Source: an uncultured Candidatus Rokubacteria bacterium (GTDB taxonomy: Bacteria; Methylomirabilota; Methylomirabilia; Rokubacteriales; CSP1-6). Taken from it: a stretch of DNA of 64,000 nt. Of this stretch, positions 1-11,643 are shown piece by piece. Where the stretch lies: assembly GCA_963789955.1 (NCBI GenBank), contig CAWBMV010000012.1, positions 1 to 64,000 of the forward strand. Direction: 5' to 3'. The first letter of the stretch is position 1, and each line of letters opens with the position of its first letter. Made by a program: the position numbers and the translations under genes. Under the pieces are notes generated by a model. It was not told the origin of the DNA and ran no database searches. It was given only the letters and a program-made list of their open reading frames with translations.

Positions 1-1178
1 TCGCGTCCGCTTCAGCGGGTCGGGGTTGCTCGAGTAGTAGCCGAGCACGTAGTAGTCGCTGGTCTCGGCGTCGATGCGCTTCAGCGCCTTGTCGAAGTCG
101 TTCTGGTTGACCACCGCGATGCCGCCGGTTTCTTCGGCCAGGACGCGCAGGCTGTCCTGCGTCTCGCGCACGTAGTCGTTCCACTCCTGCGTGTCGACCT
201 CGTCGTCCGTTCGGGGCCGGCGACCAGGCCGCGCGGGTCGATGGTGTAGAAGCGTGGCGTTGGCGCGATTGGCGGCGCGCGTCAGGTCCGAGAGCTCGCG
301 GCGAGATCCGCCTCGGCGAGCATCTGCTGGCTCTGCTGCTGCGGTGAACGGATCGTTCTGGTCAGCGTCGGGTTGCTCACGTGCATGCGGCGCGCCTGTC
401 CTCCATGCGCGACTGCTCGAACGGGTTGAAGTCGTAGCCGCTGCTGACGTAGATCACGGCCTTGCGCCGGTTCTGCACCTTCTCCAGGTTCTTCATCAGG
501 TCGTAGGCCGTCGAGAACGCGACGTGGGCGCGATACCGCAGTTCGGTGGGCCCCTGCGAGCCCTGCTGGCCCTCGATGATGTCCTTCGGCTTCAGCCGCC
601 GCCGGTGATCCGCGTGATCGCTCGTCGAGCATCTGACGGTCGTAGGTCAGCTGCTCGGAGATCGACGAGGTGCCGGTCGAGACGATGCCGAACATGTCGC
701 CTTCGTGAATCAGGCTCCGCAGCATCTTCTTGAGCAGATCGCGCGTGCGCGGCGTGCTCTGGAAGTCGAGGTGCAGGTCGTCGATGAACAGCAGGAAGAC
801 GCGGCCGGCGGCGTCGTTGGTCGGCCGGTTGCGCGGCAGGATGATGCCTTCCTGCACCGGCGGCGGCGGCGGCGCCTGCACGTTGAAGACGCGGCCACCG
901 TGCACCAGCACCAGCGACGCGATGTCCTGCTTGACGCCGTCTTCGAACACTTCGAATTCGCCGGCCTTGAGATCGGCGATGAACTGATCTCTTGTCGTCG
1001 CGGACGATCACGTCGGTCGTGACGAGGTCGACGTTGACGCGGAACGTCGGGCTCTGGGGCGGCGGCGCGCCGGCGCCGGCTGCGCCGAGCCGCGGTGCCA
1101 GCGGGCAGCTGACGTCGGCGACCAGGAGCGGCAGCGGCATGCGAGCAGGCCGAAAGAGACAGCGGTCGGTTGCGGCAT
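1..1178 (-). CDS. VWA domain-containing secreted protein (Acidobacterial VWFA-related), runs off window edge
   Basis: Stitched frames give PTFRVNVDLVTTDVIVRD...FEVFEDGVKQDI...VFLLFIDDLHL...RKAVIYVSSGYD...LRVLAEETGGIAVVNQNDFDKALKRIDAETSDYYVLGYYSSNP; several indels. Confidence 0.8.
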
Positions 1179-1202
1179 AGTGCGCAAGTATAGCATCTTG
1201 CC

Positions 1203-1673
1203 ATGCGAGCTGGCGCTGGCGCGCCGATCACGCCGGTTTGCTTGAAGCAGGAACTGGGCGCTGGCTGCAGGCAGGGGCACGAGGTCGAGTCAACCTCGGC
1301 ACCATTCCGCGGCCCCGGTTGACTACCCCGATTCGGCCGAAGCGGTCGCCCGGCCCTGGCCGGCGGCCAGGCCGACCGCGGCATCATCGTCTGCGGCAGC
1401 GGCGCCGGCGTCTCGATCGCCGCCAACAAGTTTCCGGGCATTCGCGCCGCGGTCTGCCACGACACCTACACGGCCCATCAGGCCGTCGAGCACGACGACA
1501 TGAACGTGCTGTGCCTCGGCGCGCGCGTCGTCGGCGCCGCGCTGGCGGCCGACATCGTGGCGGCGTTCGTGAACGCGTCGTTCTCCGGCGAGGCCCGGCA
1601 CCGGCGGCGTCTCGACAAGCTGATCGCAATCGAGCGCGAGTTCACGCGCCCCGCCGCGGTTCCACAGTCCTAG
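1203..1673 (+). CDS. rpiB: ribose-5-phosphate isomerase B
   Basis: ADHAGF start, DYPD, GIIVCGSGAGVSIAANKFPGIRAAVCHDTYTAHQAVEHDDMNVLCLGARVVG, RHRRRLDKL; missed by ORF track because of indels. Confidence 0.9.
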
Positions 1674-2316
1674 GGGGCTGGGCTCGGCGCCTGCGGCGGC
1701 TTGCTGCCGCGGCGACGACGGCGCGTCAGCACTCGCGCCAGCCGTTCCAGGGCTTCGGCCGCCGCGGCGAAGTGGTCGGGCGTCGCGCCCCCATCTCCCC
1801 ACACTGCCGGGTTGAGGCGCTCGGCCAGGCCCAGGAGCGCCTGTCGGCGCACCTCGTCAGTGGTACGCCGCTCCACGCGCTCGCGGACCATCGGGTACCA
1901 CTCGGCCAGGAACGCCATGCGCTCCTCGTCGGTGCCGGGCGGCAAGACCGTGGGCACCGGACGGGGCCGATTGGCCGGCGGTGTCGCGGCGACGGGCGCC
2001 GGCACGGCTTCGGAGCGCGGGGGCGTCGGCTGGCCGTCCTCGCGGCGCGGGCGGCGGCGGCGAATCTCGGGGGCCGATTCGATCACCTGGCGCTCCGCCA
2101 TCACGGCTTTCCAGTCGAAGGCCACTTCCGGAAAGGCTGGCTTCGAGGTGCCGCATGACGGTCGGCTCCAACGGCAGCCGTCCCACGCGCGCCACCGAGG
2201 GGCTGCGGAAGGCGTACAGGATCCGCGAGCGCTGCCGCCCGCCCTCGTTGAACCAGTGCATCAGAGTACGTGGTCTCGTACCCGCGCTTGTCGCGGATCA
2301 CCCTCAGGAACGGCAC
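1670..2316 (-). CDS. hypothetical protein
   Basis: MPFLRVIRDKRGYETTY-MHWFNEGGRQRSRILYAFRSP...-AFDWKAVMAERQ...; coding pieces across three frames, directly downstream of the 2321-3030 gene. Confidence 0.6.
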
Positions 2317-2320
2317 TGGG

Positions 2321-3030
2321 CTAGCGGCGCTTGGCCGGCTTGCTGGCCGGCTTTGGCGCGGCCGGACGCCCGCTGGCCACCGCACGGCGGACCGGCGGGA
2401 GCGGCGGGCCTTCTTGGCCGCGGCCTTCGACGGGCCGTTCTTCGAGGCGCTGTTCTTGCTGCCGCCGTTCCGGGCCGCGACCGTCGCGGGAGGCTTGGCG
2501 GCGGCCGGGCGCTTGGCGATGCAGGGGCTGGGCTTGGTCGGGCGCGGCGGACTTGGCCGGTTTGGGCGGGGCCTTCGCGACCGCCTTGGACGGCTTCGAC
2601 GCACCCGCGGCGCGCTGCACGAGGACAAACCGCAGCTGGTCCCCGACGGCGTGATACGCCCAGATTTCGGTCACTTCAATGCCGATGTCGGTGCACAACC
2701 GCCGGGTCACGTCGATCGACGCCGCCGGCACGTAGAGGTGAAACTCGTGCGCTGCCTGGCAAACGCCGCCCACTGCGACATCGCCTCGAGGTTGTTCACG
2801 GACTCGGCAGTCTCCACCTCGACTATGCCGGCCAGGCGGCGCCCACGCTCGGTGGAGTGCAGGACCAGGTCCGGATACCACGGCGAGGGCGGAGGTCCGA
2901 CCGGCGCAGTCTGTTCGTGTCCGGGATTGATGGCAACCTCGAACTTCCTCTTGTACTTGGCCTGCAGCAGGCGGATCACCCGATCGTGCTCGAGCTGCTC
3001 GCGGACGGGCCGCACGAGGATGGGGCTCAA
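2321..3030 (-). CDS. hypothetical protein, PD-(D/E)XK-like domain plus Lys/Ala/Pro-rich tail
   Basis: EQLEHDRVIRLL...WYPDLVL...GIVEVETAES...HLYVP, then ASKPSKAVAKAPPKPAK...KAAAKKA. Confidence 0.65.
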
Positions 3031-3110
3031 TAAAACCTCCGGTACCAGGAAGGGCCTTGAAACGGCGGCCAAACCGGCCGCAAGCGCGGAAAATATAGCA
3101 CAATGGCTCG

Positions 3111-3509
3111 ATGTCTCCGGCGGCCGGTGGGCGTTCGTCTGCCCGAATCTTGATCGTGAACGACGACCCAACCGTGGCAGATTCCTGTTCCAGGGCCCTG
3201 CGGCTCGACGGTCACGAAGTGTGGGCGGCGCTGACGGCTGAAGACGGCGTGCGGCTGGCGCAGGCCCGATCGCCCAACGCGATAGTGGTGGATATTCGCA
3301 CCTCGCTGCCGCGCGCACTGGGGGTCGCCGGATCGCTTCGACAACTGCCCCGCCTGGGCGGGACGCCGATTGCCATCGTCAGCGGCGACCTGCACCCCAC
3401 GTCCGACGCGCTCGGCGAGCTGACCGCGCTCGGCGCCGTGGTGCGCTACAAGCCGTTGTGGCTCGACGAGATGGTGGCGCTGGCCCGGTCGCTCGTGGTC
3501 GTGGCGTGA
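3111..3509 (+). CDS. single-domain response regulator receiver protein
   Basis: ILIVNDD...AIVVDI...IAIVSG...YKP receiver motifs; intact ORF. Confidence 0.8.
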   Translation: MSPAAGGRSSARILIVNDDPTVADSCSRALRLDGHEVWAALTAEDGVRLAQARSPNAIVVDIRTSLPRALGVAGSLRQLPRLGGTPIAIVSGDLHPTSDALGELTALGAVVRYKPLWLDEMVALARSLVVVA

Positions 3510-4546
3510 GCGGCCGGTTCCTGCGAGCCTGCCGGCTGCAGCCGGTGGACTGCACGCCCGTGTGGTTCATGCGCCAGGCCGGCCGCTACATGGCCGAATA
3601 CCGGGCGCTGCGCCAGCAGCACGGGCTGCTCGAGATCTGCCGTGAGCCCGACCTGGCCACCGAGGTCACGTTGCAGCCGCTGCGACGCATCGAGGTGGAC
3701 GCGGCCATCCTGTTTTCCGATCTCCTGATTCCGCTGGCGCCGCTGGGGCTGCCGTTCGACTTCGTGGGCGGCGAGGGCCCGCGGCTCGAGCGCCCGCTGT
3801 CCACATCGGCCGACATCGACACGCTGCGGCGCTTCGAGCCGCGCGACGAGCTGCGGCTTCGTGCTGCAGGCGATCCGACAAATCCAGCACGAGCTGAACG
3901 GTCAGCTGCCGTTCATCGGCTTCGCGGGAGCGCCGTTCACCCTGGCGTCCTACGCCATCGAAGGCGGCCACTCCAACTCCTTCGCCAAGACCAAGGCGCT
4001 CATGTTCGGGCACCCCGACGCATGGCATCGCCTCTGCGGCACGCTGGCCGAGCTGGTCGGCGACTACCTGGTGGCCCAGATCGAAGCCGGCGTCGATGTG
4101 GTGCAGGTGTTCGACTCGTGGGTGGGAGCGCTGAGCGCGGCCGACTACACCGAGTTCGCGCTCCCCCACTCCCGCCGGATCTTCGAGATCGTCGGCCAGC
4201 GCGAGCCCACCATCCACTTCGGCACCGGCACCGCGATGATGCTGACGTGATGCGCGACGCGGGCGGCGACGTCATCGGTGCCGACTGGCGTATCCCAATC
4301 GACCTGGCCTGGGATCGCATCGGGCACGACCGCGGCATCCAGGGCAACCTCGATCCGACGACGCTGCTGGGACCGGTGGCCCGGATGTGCCGGCAGGTGG
4401 ACGACATCATCGAGCGCGTCGGCGGCCGGCGCGGGCACATCTTCAACCTTGGTCACGGCATCCTGCCGACCACCCCGCTCGAACACGTGCAGATGCTGGC
4501 CAGCTACGTCCACCGTGTGACGGCGCGCCGGTTGCCGCCACCCTAG
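3506..4546 (+). CDS. hemE: uroporphyrinogen decarboxylase
   Basis: PVWFMRQAGRYMAEY, DAAILFSD, IGFAGAPFTLASY, QGNLDP, HIFNLGHG; GTGA overlap with upstream stop. Confidence 0.95.
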   Translation: MSGRFLRACRLQPVDCTPVWFMRQAGRYMAEYRALRQQHGLLEICREPDLATEVTLQPLRRIEVDAAILFSDLLIPLAPLGLPFDFVGGEGPRLERPLSTSADIDTLRRFEPRDELRLRAAGDPTNPARAERSAAVHRLRGSAVHPGVLRHRRRPLQLLRQDQGAHVRAPRRMASPLRHAGRAGRRLPGGPDRSRRRCGAGVRLVGGSAERGRLHRVRAPPLPPDLRDRRPARAHHPLRHRHRDDADVMRDAGGDVIGADWRIPIDLAWDRIGHDRGIQGNLDPTTLLGPVARMCRQVDDIIERVGGRRGHIFNLGHGILPTTPLEHVQMLASYVHRVTARRLPPP

Positions 4547-4581
4547 ACATCTTAAGGCCTCCATCGGCTGAGCTCTCCGCA

Positions 4582-6017
4582 GTGCCTGAGTCCGCCGACG
4601 TCGTCGTCATCGGCGGCGGCATCGCCGGCCTGGCCGCAGCCCACGACCTGACCGCCGCCGGCCGGACCGTGCGCGTGCTCGATGCCGGCCAGACGCCGCG
4701 GCGGTGTGATGCAGACCGAGCGCATCGGACGGCTGGGTGGTGGACCGCGGGACCCGATTCGTTTCTCGTGCAGAAGCCGGCGGCCATCAGGCTCTGCACC
4801 GAACTGGGGCTCGAGCACCAGCTCGTGTCCGACGCTCGAGCCACGCACGGCCTTCGTCCTTCGCGATGGGCAGCTGCACCCGCTACCCGAAGGCTCGTTT
4901 CTGGGTTTTCCCGTCTCAGTGCGCGGCCTGGTGATGTCGTCGCTGTTCACGCCGCTCGGCAAGGTGCGGATGGCGGCGGAAGAGTTGATTCGCCCGCGTG
5001 AGTGGGACGACGCCGACGACGAGTCGATCGCCACGTTCGTGCCCGCCGCTTCGGCCGTGAGGCGGTGGACTACCTGGCCGAGCCGCTGCTGGCGGGCATC
5101 CACGCCGGCGACGTGGACGGTTGTCGGTCCGCCTGCTGTTTCCGCGCCTGGTGGACACCGAGTCGCAACACGGGAGCTTGTTGCGGGCGTTTCGCGCGCT
5201 CAAGCCGAAACCGTCGGCGCGTGGCGCCTTCCTGTCGCTGACTGGCGGCGTGGGTGCCCTCGTCGAGGCCCTGGTCGCGCGGTTCCCGGCCGCCACGGTG
5301 AGGCGCGCGTGCCGTGGCGCGACAGCAGGTACGGCGTGACACCGCCCGGCGCCTACGCCATCGAGACGATGGACGACACGCTGGCGGCTCGCGCGGTGGT
5401 GCTGGCCGTGCCCGTCCTACGAAGCCGCAGCCCTGGTGCGCGGTCTCGACCCACCGCTGGCGGCACTGTGTGAGGGGTCGACTACGCGTCCACGGCCACG
5501 GTGGCCCTCGGGTATCGCGCGGAGCAGGTCACGCACCCGATGCGGGGGACCGGCTTCGTGGTCCCACGTGCCGAGGGCCGGGCGCTGCTGGCGGCCACCT
5601 GGGTGACGTCGAAGTGGCCCGGGCCGCGCACCGCCGGGTCACGTGCTGCTGCGCGCGTTTCTGGGCGGGGGCCGCGATCCGGATCGGCTCGACCACCACG
5701 ACGACGCGGGGCTGGCGCATCTGGTCGACGAGGAGTTGGGCCAGGTGCTCGGCATCACGGGGCCGCCGGTGCTGAGGCGCGTGACTCGCTGGGTGCGCCA
5801 GAGCCCGCCAGTACGTCGTCGGCCACGGCGCGCGCGTGAGGGCAATCGAGGCGCCGGCTCGACGCGCATCCCGGGCTCTTCGGCGCCGGCAGCGGCTTCG
5901 GCGCGATCGGCATCCCGGACTGCATCTCGCACGGCCGGGCGTATCGCCACCCGCATTCATGAGTGGCTCGGCCCGGTCACGGCTCGGCTCCCGGCTTCCG
6001 GCTCCCGGCCTGAATAG
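4582..6017 (+). CDS. hemG: protoporphyrinogen/coproporphyrinogen oxidase (HemY/HemG FAD type)
   Basis: VVVIGGGIAGLAAA dinucleotide motif, GPDSFL, DESIATF, EPLLAGIHAGD, GTGFVVP, GIPDCI; follows hemE; many indels. Confidence 0.9.
5981..6010. repeat. short heptamer tandem repeat (GGCTCCC/GGCTTCC)
   Basis: ggctc ggctccc ggcttcc ggctccc ggcc at the hemG 3' end. Confidence 0.5.
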
Positions 6018-6027
6018 AATGCTCGCC

Positions 6028-6939
6028 ATGAAGCCGGTGCATTTGATCGGTGTGCCGCTGGACCTCGGCGGCGGGCGGCGCGGCGTCGACATGGGCCCGT
6101 CGGCGTTTCGGATTGCCGGCCTCGCCGAGCAGATCGCCGGCTCGGACGCACCGTCGTCGATCGCGGCAACGTGCCGACGCCGCTGCGCGAGATCGAGCGC
6201 ACCCGGGACGCGCGCAAGAAGTACGTGGACGACATCGCCGACGTCTGCCGCCACGTGTACGCCGCGGCCTACGACGCGCTGGAGGCCGGCGCGCTGCCGC
6301 TCGTCCTTGGCGGCGACCACAGCCTGGCGGCGGGGTCGGTGGCGGCCAGCGCCGCCTGGGTACGCGCAAGCGTCGGCTACCCGCTCGGCCTGATCTGGGT
6401 GGACGCGCACGGCGACATGAACACGCCCGAGACGTCCGAGAGCGGCAACGTCCACGGCATGCCGCTGGCGGCGCTGCTCGGCCAGGAGCCGCGCGAGCTG
6501 ACGAGCATCGGCAGGGGACCGTCGGTGTCTGGCGCGGCACACGGTGCTGGTCGGGGTCCGCAACCTCGACGACCGCGAGAAGGACCAGATCCGGGCGGCC
6601 GGGGTGCACGTGTTCACGATGAAGGACATCGACCGCGACGGGATGGCGCGCGTGGCCGAGCGGGCCATCGCGGCGGCGTCGGCGGGCACCGGCGGCATCC
6701 ATGTGTCGTTCGATTTCGACGCGTGCGATCCGTCGATCGCCCCCGGCGTCGGCACGCCGGTGCGCGGCGGGCTCGGCTACCGCGAGGCGCACCTCTTGAT
6801 GGAGCTGGTCGCGGACTCGCAAGCGCCTCGTCGCGTTGGACCTGGTGGAGGTCAACCCCACGCTGGATATCCGGAACACGACGGCCGAACTCGGCGATCA
6901 GAGCTGGCGCTGTCGGCGCTGGGGAAGAATATTTTGTAG
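6028..6939 (+). CDS. rocF: arginase
   Basis: [63 protein letters not shown]. Confidence 0.92.
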
Positions 6940-6940
6940 G

Positions 6941-7042
6941 GGTCTCCGGTCTCCAGTCTCCAGTCTTCGGTCTCCAGTCCGGCTGTGCGGAACTGCTGGC
7001 CCAAGGACCGCAGACCGAAGACTGGAGACCGGGACCGAGATC
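6941..7042. repeat. heptamer-repeat inverted repeat (REP-like hairpin) between convergent rocF and pepF
   Basis: left arm of RGTCTYC units, core TGTGCGGAACTGC (6984-6996), right arm of GRAGACY-like complementary units. Confidence 0.8.
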
Positions 7043-7048
7043 GAGCGG

Positions 7049-8947
7049 CTACTTCGGCAGCAGCCGCTCGATCTCGTCCATCACCTGGTTCATCCGCGTC
7101 ATGGTGAGCTGCAGCGGCTGATCCGTGGTCATGTCCACGCCGGCGTCCTTCAGCAGGTCGATCGGATACTTCGAGCCGCCCGAGCCCGAGGAACGTCAGG
7201 TAGCGCGCGCGGGTGTCGGCGTCGCCCGCCAGCACCTTCGCCGACAGCGCCTCGGCCGCGGTGAACGACGTGGCGTACTGGAACACGTAGAAGTCCCGGT
7301 AGAAGTGCGGGATGAAGCTCCACTCGTGGGCGACGAAGTCGTCCACGATGCACACGCCCTGGTCGTGCCCGTAGTACTTGCGCGTCAGGTCCAGATACAG
7401 CTTGTCCAGCGCCTCGCCGGTGATCGGCGTGCCCGGCCTCGGCCATCTCGTGCATCCGCAGCTCGAAGTCCGCGAACTGCGTCTGGCGGAACACGGTGGA
7501 CTTGATGCCCTCGAGGTAGTTGCCCAGGATCGACAGCCGCGTCGGCGTGTCCTTGATCTGCTTCAGCACGTGGTCCACCAGCAGCGCCTCGTTGAAGGTC
7601 GAGGCCACCTCCGCCACGAACGTCGCGTAGTTCGCCGTGGGATACGGCTGCCGCTTGTTCGAGTAGTAGCTGTGCATCGTGTGCCCCAGCTCGTGGGTCA
7701 GCGTGCTGACGTCGTTGTACTGCCCCAGGTAGTTCAGCAGCATGAACGGGTGCACGTCGTAGGCGCCGCCGTTCGAGTAGGCGCCCGACACCTTGCCCTC
7801 GGTCGGGTACCAGTCGAGCCAGCGCTCCGAGAAGGCCCGCCGCAGCACGTCGGTGTACTCGCTGCCGAGCGGCGCCATCGACGCGATGACCAGCGCCTGC
7901 GCCTCCTCGGGCGTGTACTTCAGGTTCACCGACGCCACGAGCGGCGCATACAGGTCGTAGTAGTGCAGATCGTCGGTCAGCCCCATCATCCGCTTGCGCA
8001 GACGCAGGTAGCGGTGGAAGGTGGGCAGGCTCGCGTTCACGCCCTCGACCAGCCGCGTGTAGACCGGACTTCGGGATGTTGGGGCCGTTCAGCGACGCCT
8101 CGAGGTTCGAGCCGTACTTGCGCGCGCGGGCATAGAACAGCGACTGCTGCACGTTGGCGTTCATCGTCGTGCCGAACGTCCGGCCGAAGCCGCCGAGCGC
8201 ACCGAAGAACGCGGACATCGCCGCCTTCCGGTCCTCGCCGGACGGCCGACGTGCGCAGCGCGGAGTAGCCGGCCTGATCCACCTTGGCGGTCTCGCCGCT
8301 CGGCGAGCGTGATGGTCGGATACGGGAAGTCGGCGTTGGCCAGGATGGTGTAGATGTTCGACGGCTGAGCCCGGCCAGGGGACCGGCGTCGGCCAGCAGC
8401 TTCTCTTCCGGATCGCTCAGCGTGTGCGGCGCGCGCCGCACGATGTCGCGCAGGTAGAACGCGTAGGGACCCAGCCGCGGCTCGGCCTTCAGGAACGACT
8501 CGACTTGTCGCGCGTCCCGACGCGCAGCACCTCGGGCTCGATGAACGCCGCCTGCGCCGCCGAACGAGGCGTACAGCTGCTGCATCTCCTGCTGCATGCC
8601 CTGGGGCTCGGACACGCGGGTGTCCTGGTCCGACACCATGCTGGCGTAGACGTAGAGGCGCGACAGCTCCTTGTCGAGGCGCGACATCAGCTCCAGGGCG
8701 TCGGCGAGCGTCGCCGCCGACGCGCCCAGCGTGCCCTTCGAGCCGCCGCAGCGCCGGCAGCTCGGCCGTAATCGCGTCTTTCCTGGCCCGCCACGCCGCC
8801 CGGTCCGGATAGACATCGGCCAGGTTCCACTTGAAGGCGTCGGGCACCTTCGATCGATCACGCTCTTGCGCGGTCAGTACCATCGACATCGGGCACCACC
8901 ACCAGACAGGTCACGGTCGCGACTCGAGCGTGCTGGTCGGCTGCCAT
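7049..8947 (-). CDS. pepF: oligoendopeptidase F (M3B), signal peptide
   Basis: [36 protein letters not shown] (HExxH), [38 protein letters not shown]. Confidence 0.92.
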
Positions 8948-9027
8948 GCACGTGTCGACAGAATCGCTAGTGTAGCAGCCGTAGGATAGCAGCCTCGGGG
9001 CGTGTGACGCATGGCGCATGCGGGACA

Positions 9028-10082
9028 ATGACCGACCGGTACAATGCCGCGAGGCGCGCCGGCCGCGACCGGATTGGACGTCGCCTCTCCGACGACGCGC
9101 TGCTCGACGTCACGCATGGCCGATCTGCCCGCTCACCATCGAGGGCGCACTGGCGGCGCGCATCGCGCAGCTCCGCGACGAGCTGGCCAGCGCGGGCCTG
9201 GGCTGCCCGCTGCACTTCTACCTGTCGGACGAGTGGTTCACGCCCGGACGGCGCCACGGCCGTCGCCGTCCCCTTCTATCTGGCGCATCCGCGGCTCGAG
9301 CGGCTGGAGGAGGCGCAGATGCTGGAGGTCGAAGGCGGCGAGCACGAATGGGCCATGCGCATCCTGCGCCACGAGGCCGGCCACGCCATCGACAACGCGT
9401 TCCGCCTGCGCCGCAAGCGGCAGCGGCGCGCGGTGTTCGGCTCGCCCGCCGAGCCGTACCCCGAGTTCTACACGCCGAGGCCGTACAGCAAGAGCTTCGT
9501 CCTGCACCTCGACGCGTGGTACGCGCAGAGCCACCCCGACGAGGACTTCGCGGAGACGTTCGCGGTCTGGCTGACGCCGCGCAGCCAGTGGCGGCAGCGG
9601 TACAGCCGGCTGGCCGGCGCTGCGGAAGCTGGAGTACATGGATCAGCTGATGGGCACGCTCAAGGGCATGCCGCCCGCGGGTGGACAATCCGGCCGAGGT
9701 GGACCCGCTGTCCGGCCTGCGGCGGACGCTGCGCCAGCACTATCGCGACAAGCGGCGCCACTACGGCGTGGACTACCCGAACTTCTACGATCGCGACCTG
9801 CGGCGCATCTTCTCGGACGAGCCGCAGTTCAGCGCGCAACCCCACGGCCGCGCAGTTCATCGCGCGCATCCGCACGCCAGGTGCGCGCGCGTGGTGGCCG
9901 GCTGGACCGGCATCTACCAGTACACGATCGACCAGGTGCTCGAGGACATGACGGCGCGGTGCCGGGAGCTGCGGCTGCGGCTGTCGGTCCCCGAGGACAC
10001 GGCGCGGCAGGAGTTCACGGTGCTCCTGACCGTGCAGGCCATGAACTATCTGCACAGCGGCGGGCACCGCCTGTTCCTGTGA
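9028..10082 (+). CDS. putative zinc-binding metallopeptidase (Peptidase_Mx-like zincin)
   Basis: FYLSDEWF, PFYLAHPRL, ILRHEAGHAIDNA (HExxH), YAQSHPDEDFAETFAVWL. Confidence 0.8.
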
Positions 10083-11103
10083 AGCGCGCCGCGTCCTGGC
10101 CCTCGTCCACGACCACCTGGTGCCGCCCGCGCCAGACCGAGGGCGTCGACGTCCGCGAGGCCGAGTGGAAGATGGAGTACGACGTCATCGAGACGCTGCG
10201 CGAGATGGGCCACGAGGTCCGGGTCCGCGGCGTGCACGACGACCTCAGCGGCATCCGGCCCACGGTCGCGTCCTTCAACCCGCACATCGTCTTCAACCTG
10301 CTCGAGGCCTTCGCGGGCGTGGCCACCTTCGACCAGAACGTGGTCAGCTACCTCGAGCTGCTGCGCCTGCCCTACACGGGCTGCAACCCGCGCGGGCTGA
10401 TCCTGGCGCGCGACAAGGCGCTGTCGAAGAAGCTGCTGGCCTACCACCGCGTGCCGGTGCCCGACTTCACGGTCGTCCGCGTCGGCCGCAAGCCGGTCGG
10501 TGCCGCGGCGCCTGAGCTTTCCGCTCATCGTGAAGTCGCTGTTCTTCGAGTCGTCCACCGGCATCTCGCAGGCGTCGGTCGTCGAGAACGACGAGCAGCT
10601 GGCCAGGCGCGTCACGTTCGTCCACGAACAGCCTGGGGACGGCCGCCATCGTCGAACAGTTCATCGACGGCCGGGAGCTCTACGTCGGCGTGCTCGGCAA
10701 CGAGCGGCTGGAGGTCTTTCCGGTCTGGGAGATGTCGTTTGCCGGCATGCCGGACAACCGCTGGCGGATCGCCACCGAGCGCGTGAAGTGGAGCACGCGC
10801 TATCAGAAGCGGCACGGCATCATGACCAGCACGCGCCGAGCTGCCCGACGCCATCGTGCGAGCGCGATCGGCCGCATCGCCAAGCGCACCTATCGCGCCC
10901 TGGACCTGAACGGCTACGCGCGCATCGACATCCGCCTGGACGCCGACGGCCGCCCGTACGTGATCGACGTCAACCCGAACCCGAACCTGGCCTACGGCGA
11001 GGACTTCGCCGAGTCGGCCGAAAGTGCCGGCGTGACCTACGAGCGGCTGCTCGAACGCATCATCGGGCTCGGTCTTCGCTGGGAACCCGCGAGGACCGGG
11101 TAG
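10079..11103 (+). CDS. ATP-grasp ligase, D-Ala-D-Ala ligase-like family
   Basis: IVFNLLE, LPYTGC, RDKALSKKLL, FPLIVKS, EQFIDGRELYVGVLGN, GYARIDIRL, VIDVNPNP; GTGA coupling to peptidase. Confidence 0.85.
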
Positions 11104-11614
11104 CCAGGAGCGACGCCGGGCGAACCGCCTTGCCAGCGGTTCGCCAGGACGTAGAACACGATCAGCGCAGGAACGCCATCATGACGACCCCGTGCGTCAT
11201 GCCGACGACCGGCGACGCCAGGATGCTGGCCCCGCGATCGCGCGCAGCGGCGCGATGCGGAGAAACGCCTCGTTCACGGCGCCCGCCGAACAGGTTGTAG
11301 GCGCTGAGCAGCATCGCGGCCAGGTGCACGTAGCGCCACCCGGCTCGGCTTGACCCGGACCGCCAGCTAGCCGGCCGCCAGCACCACCAGCCCGGCCAGC
11401 GCCAGCCAGTGCGGAAACCAGAACCGCTGCTGGGAGTAGATGCCGAGCGAGGTCAGGGACAGGAGGACGTAGGCCAGCGCGTAGACCTTGCCCGACGGCG
11501 CGATGCCGCGGGCTTCCCTTCCGCGCCAGCATCACCGGAACGAAGGCCACCATGGCGACGATGCAGCCGCGAGTGTGCAGCCACCCGATCGACGGAGAGA
11601 TCGAGATCGACCAT
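11100..11614 (-). CDS. multi-pass membrane protein (DUF2306-like)
   Basis: GWLHT...VMLARKGSPRHRAVGKVY...HLAAMLLSAYNLFGGAVNEAF; hydrophobic segments; 3' end uncertain, one internal TAG near 11368. Confidence 0.55.
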
Positions 11615-11643
11615 CGGATCCTCCCCTTCGAGCCGCGCGTCCA

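Noticed and set aside
6941..7042. CRISPR array
   Set aside because: Units are 7 nt, degenerate and have no spacers; no cas genes in the window
1203..11103. Mass pseudogenisation or programmed frameshifting of rpiB, hemE, hemG, rocF, pepF
   Set aside because: Indels are scattered through conserved housekeeping genes with all catalytic motifs intact and almost no in-frame stops; sequencing error is the simpler explanation
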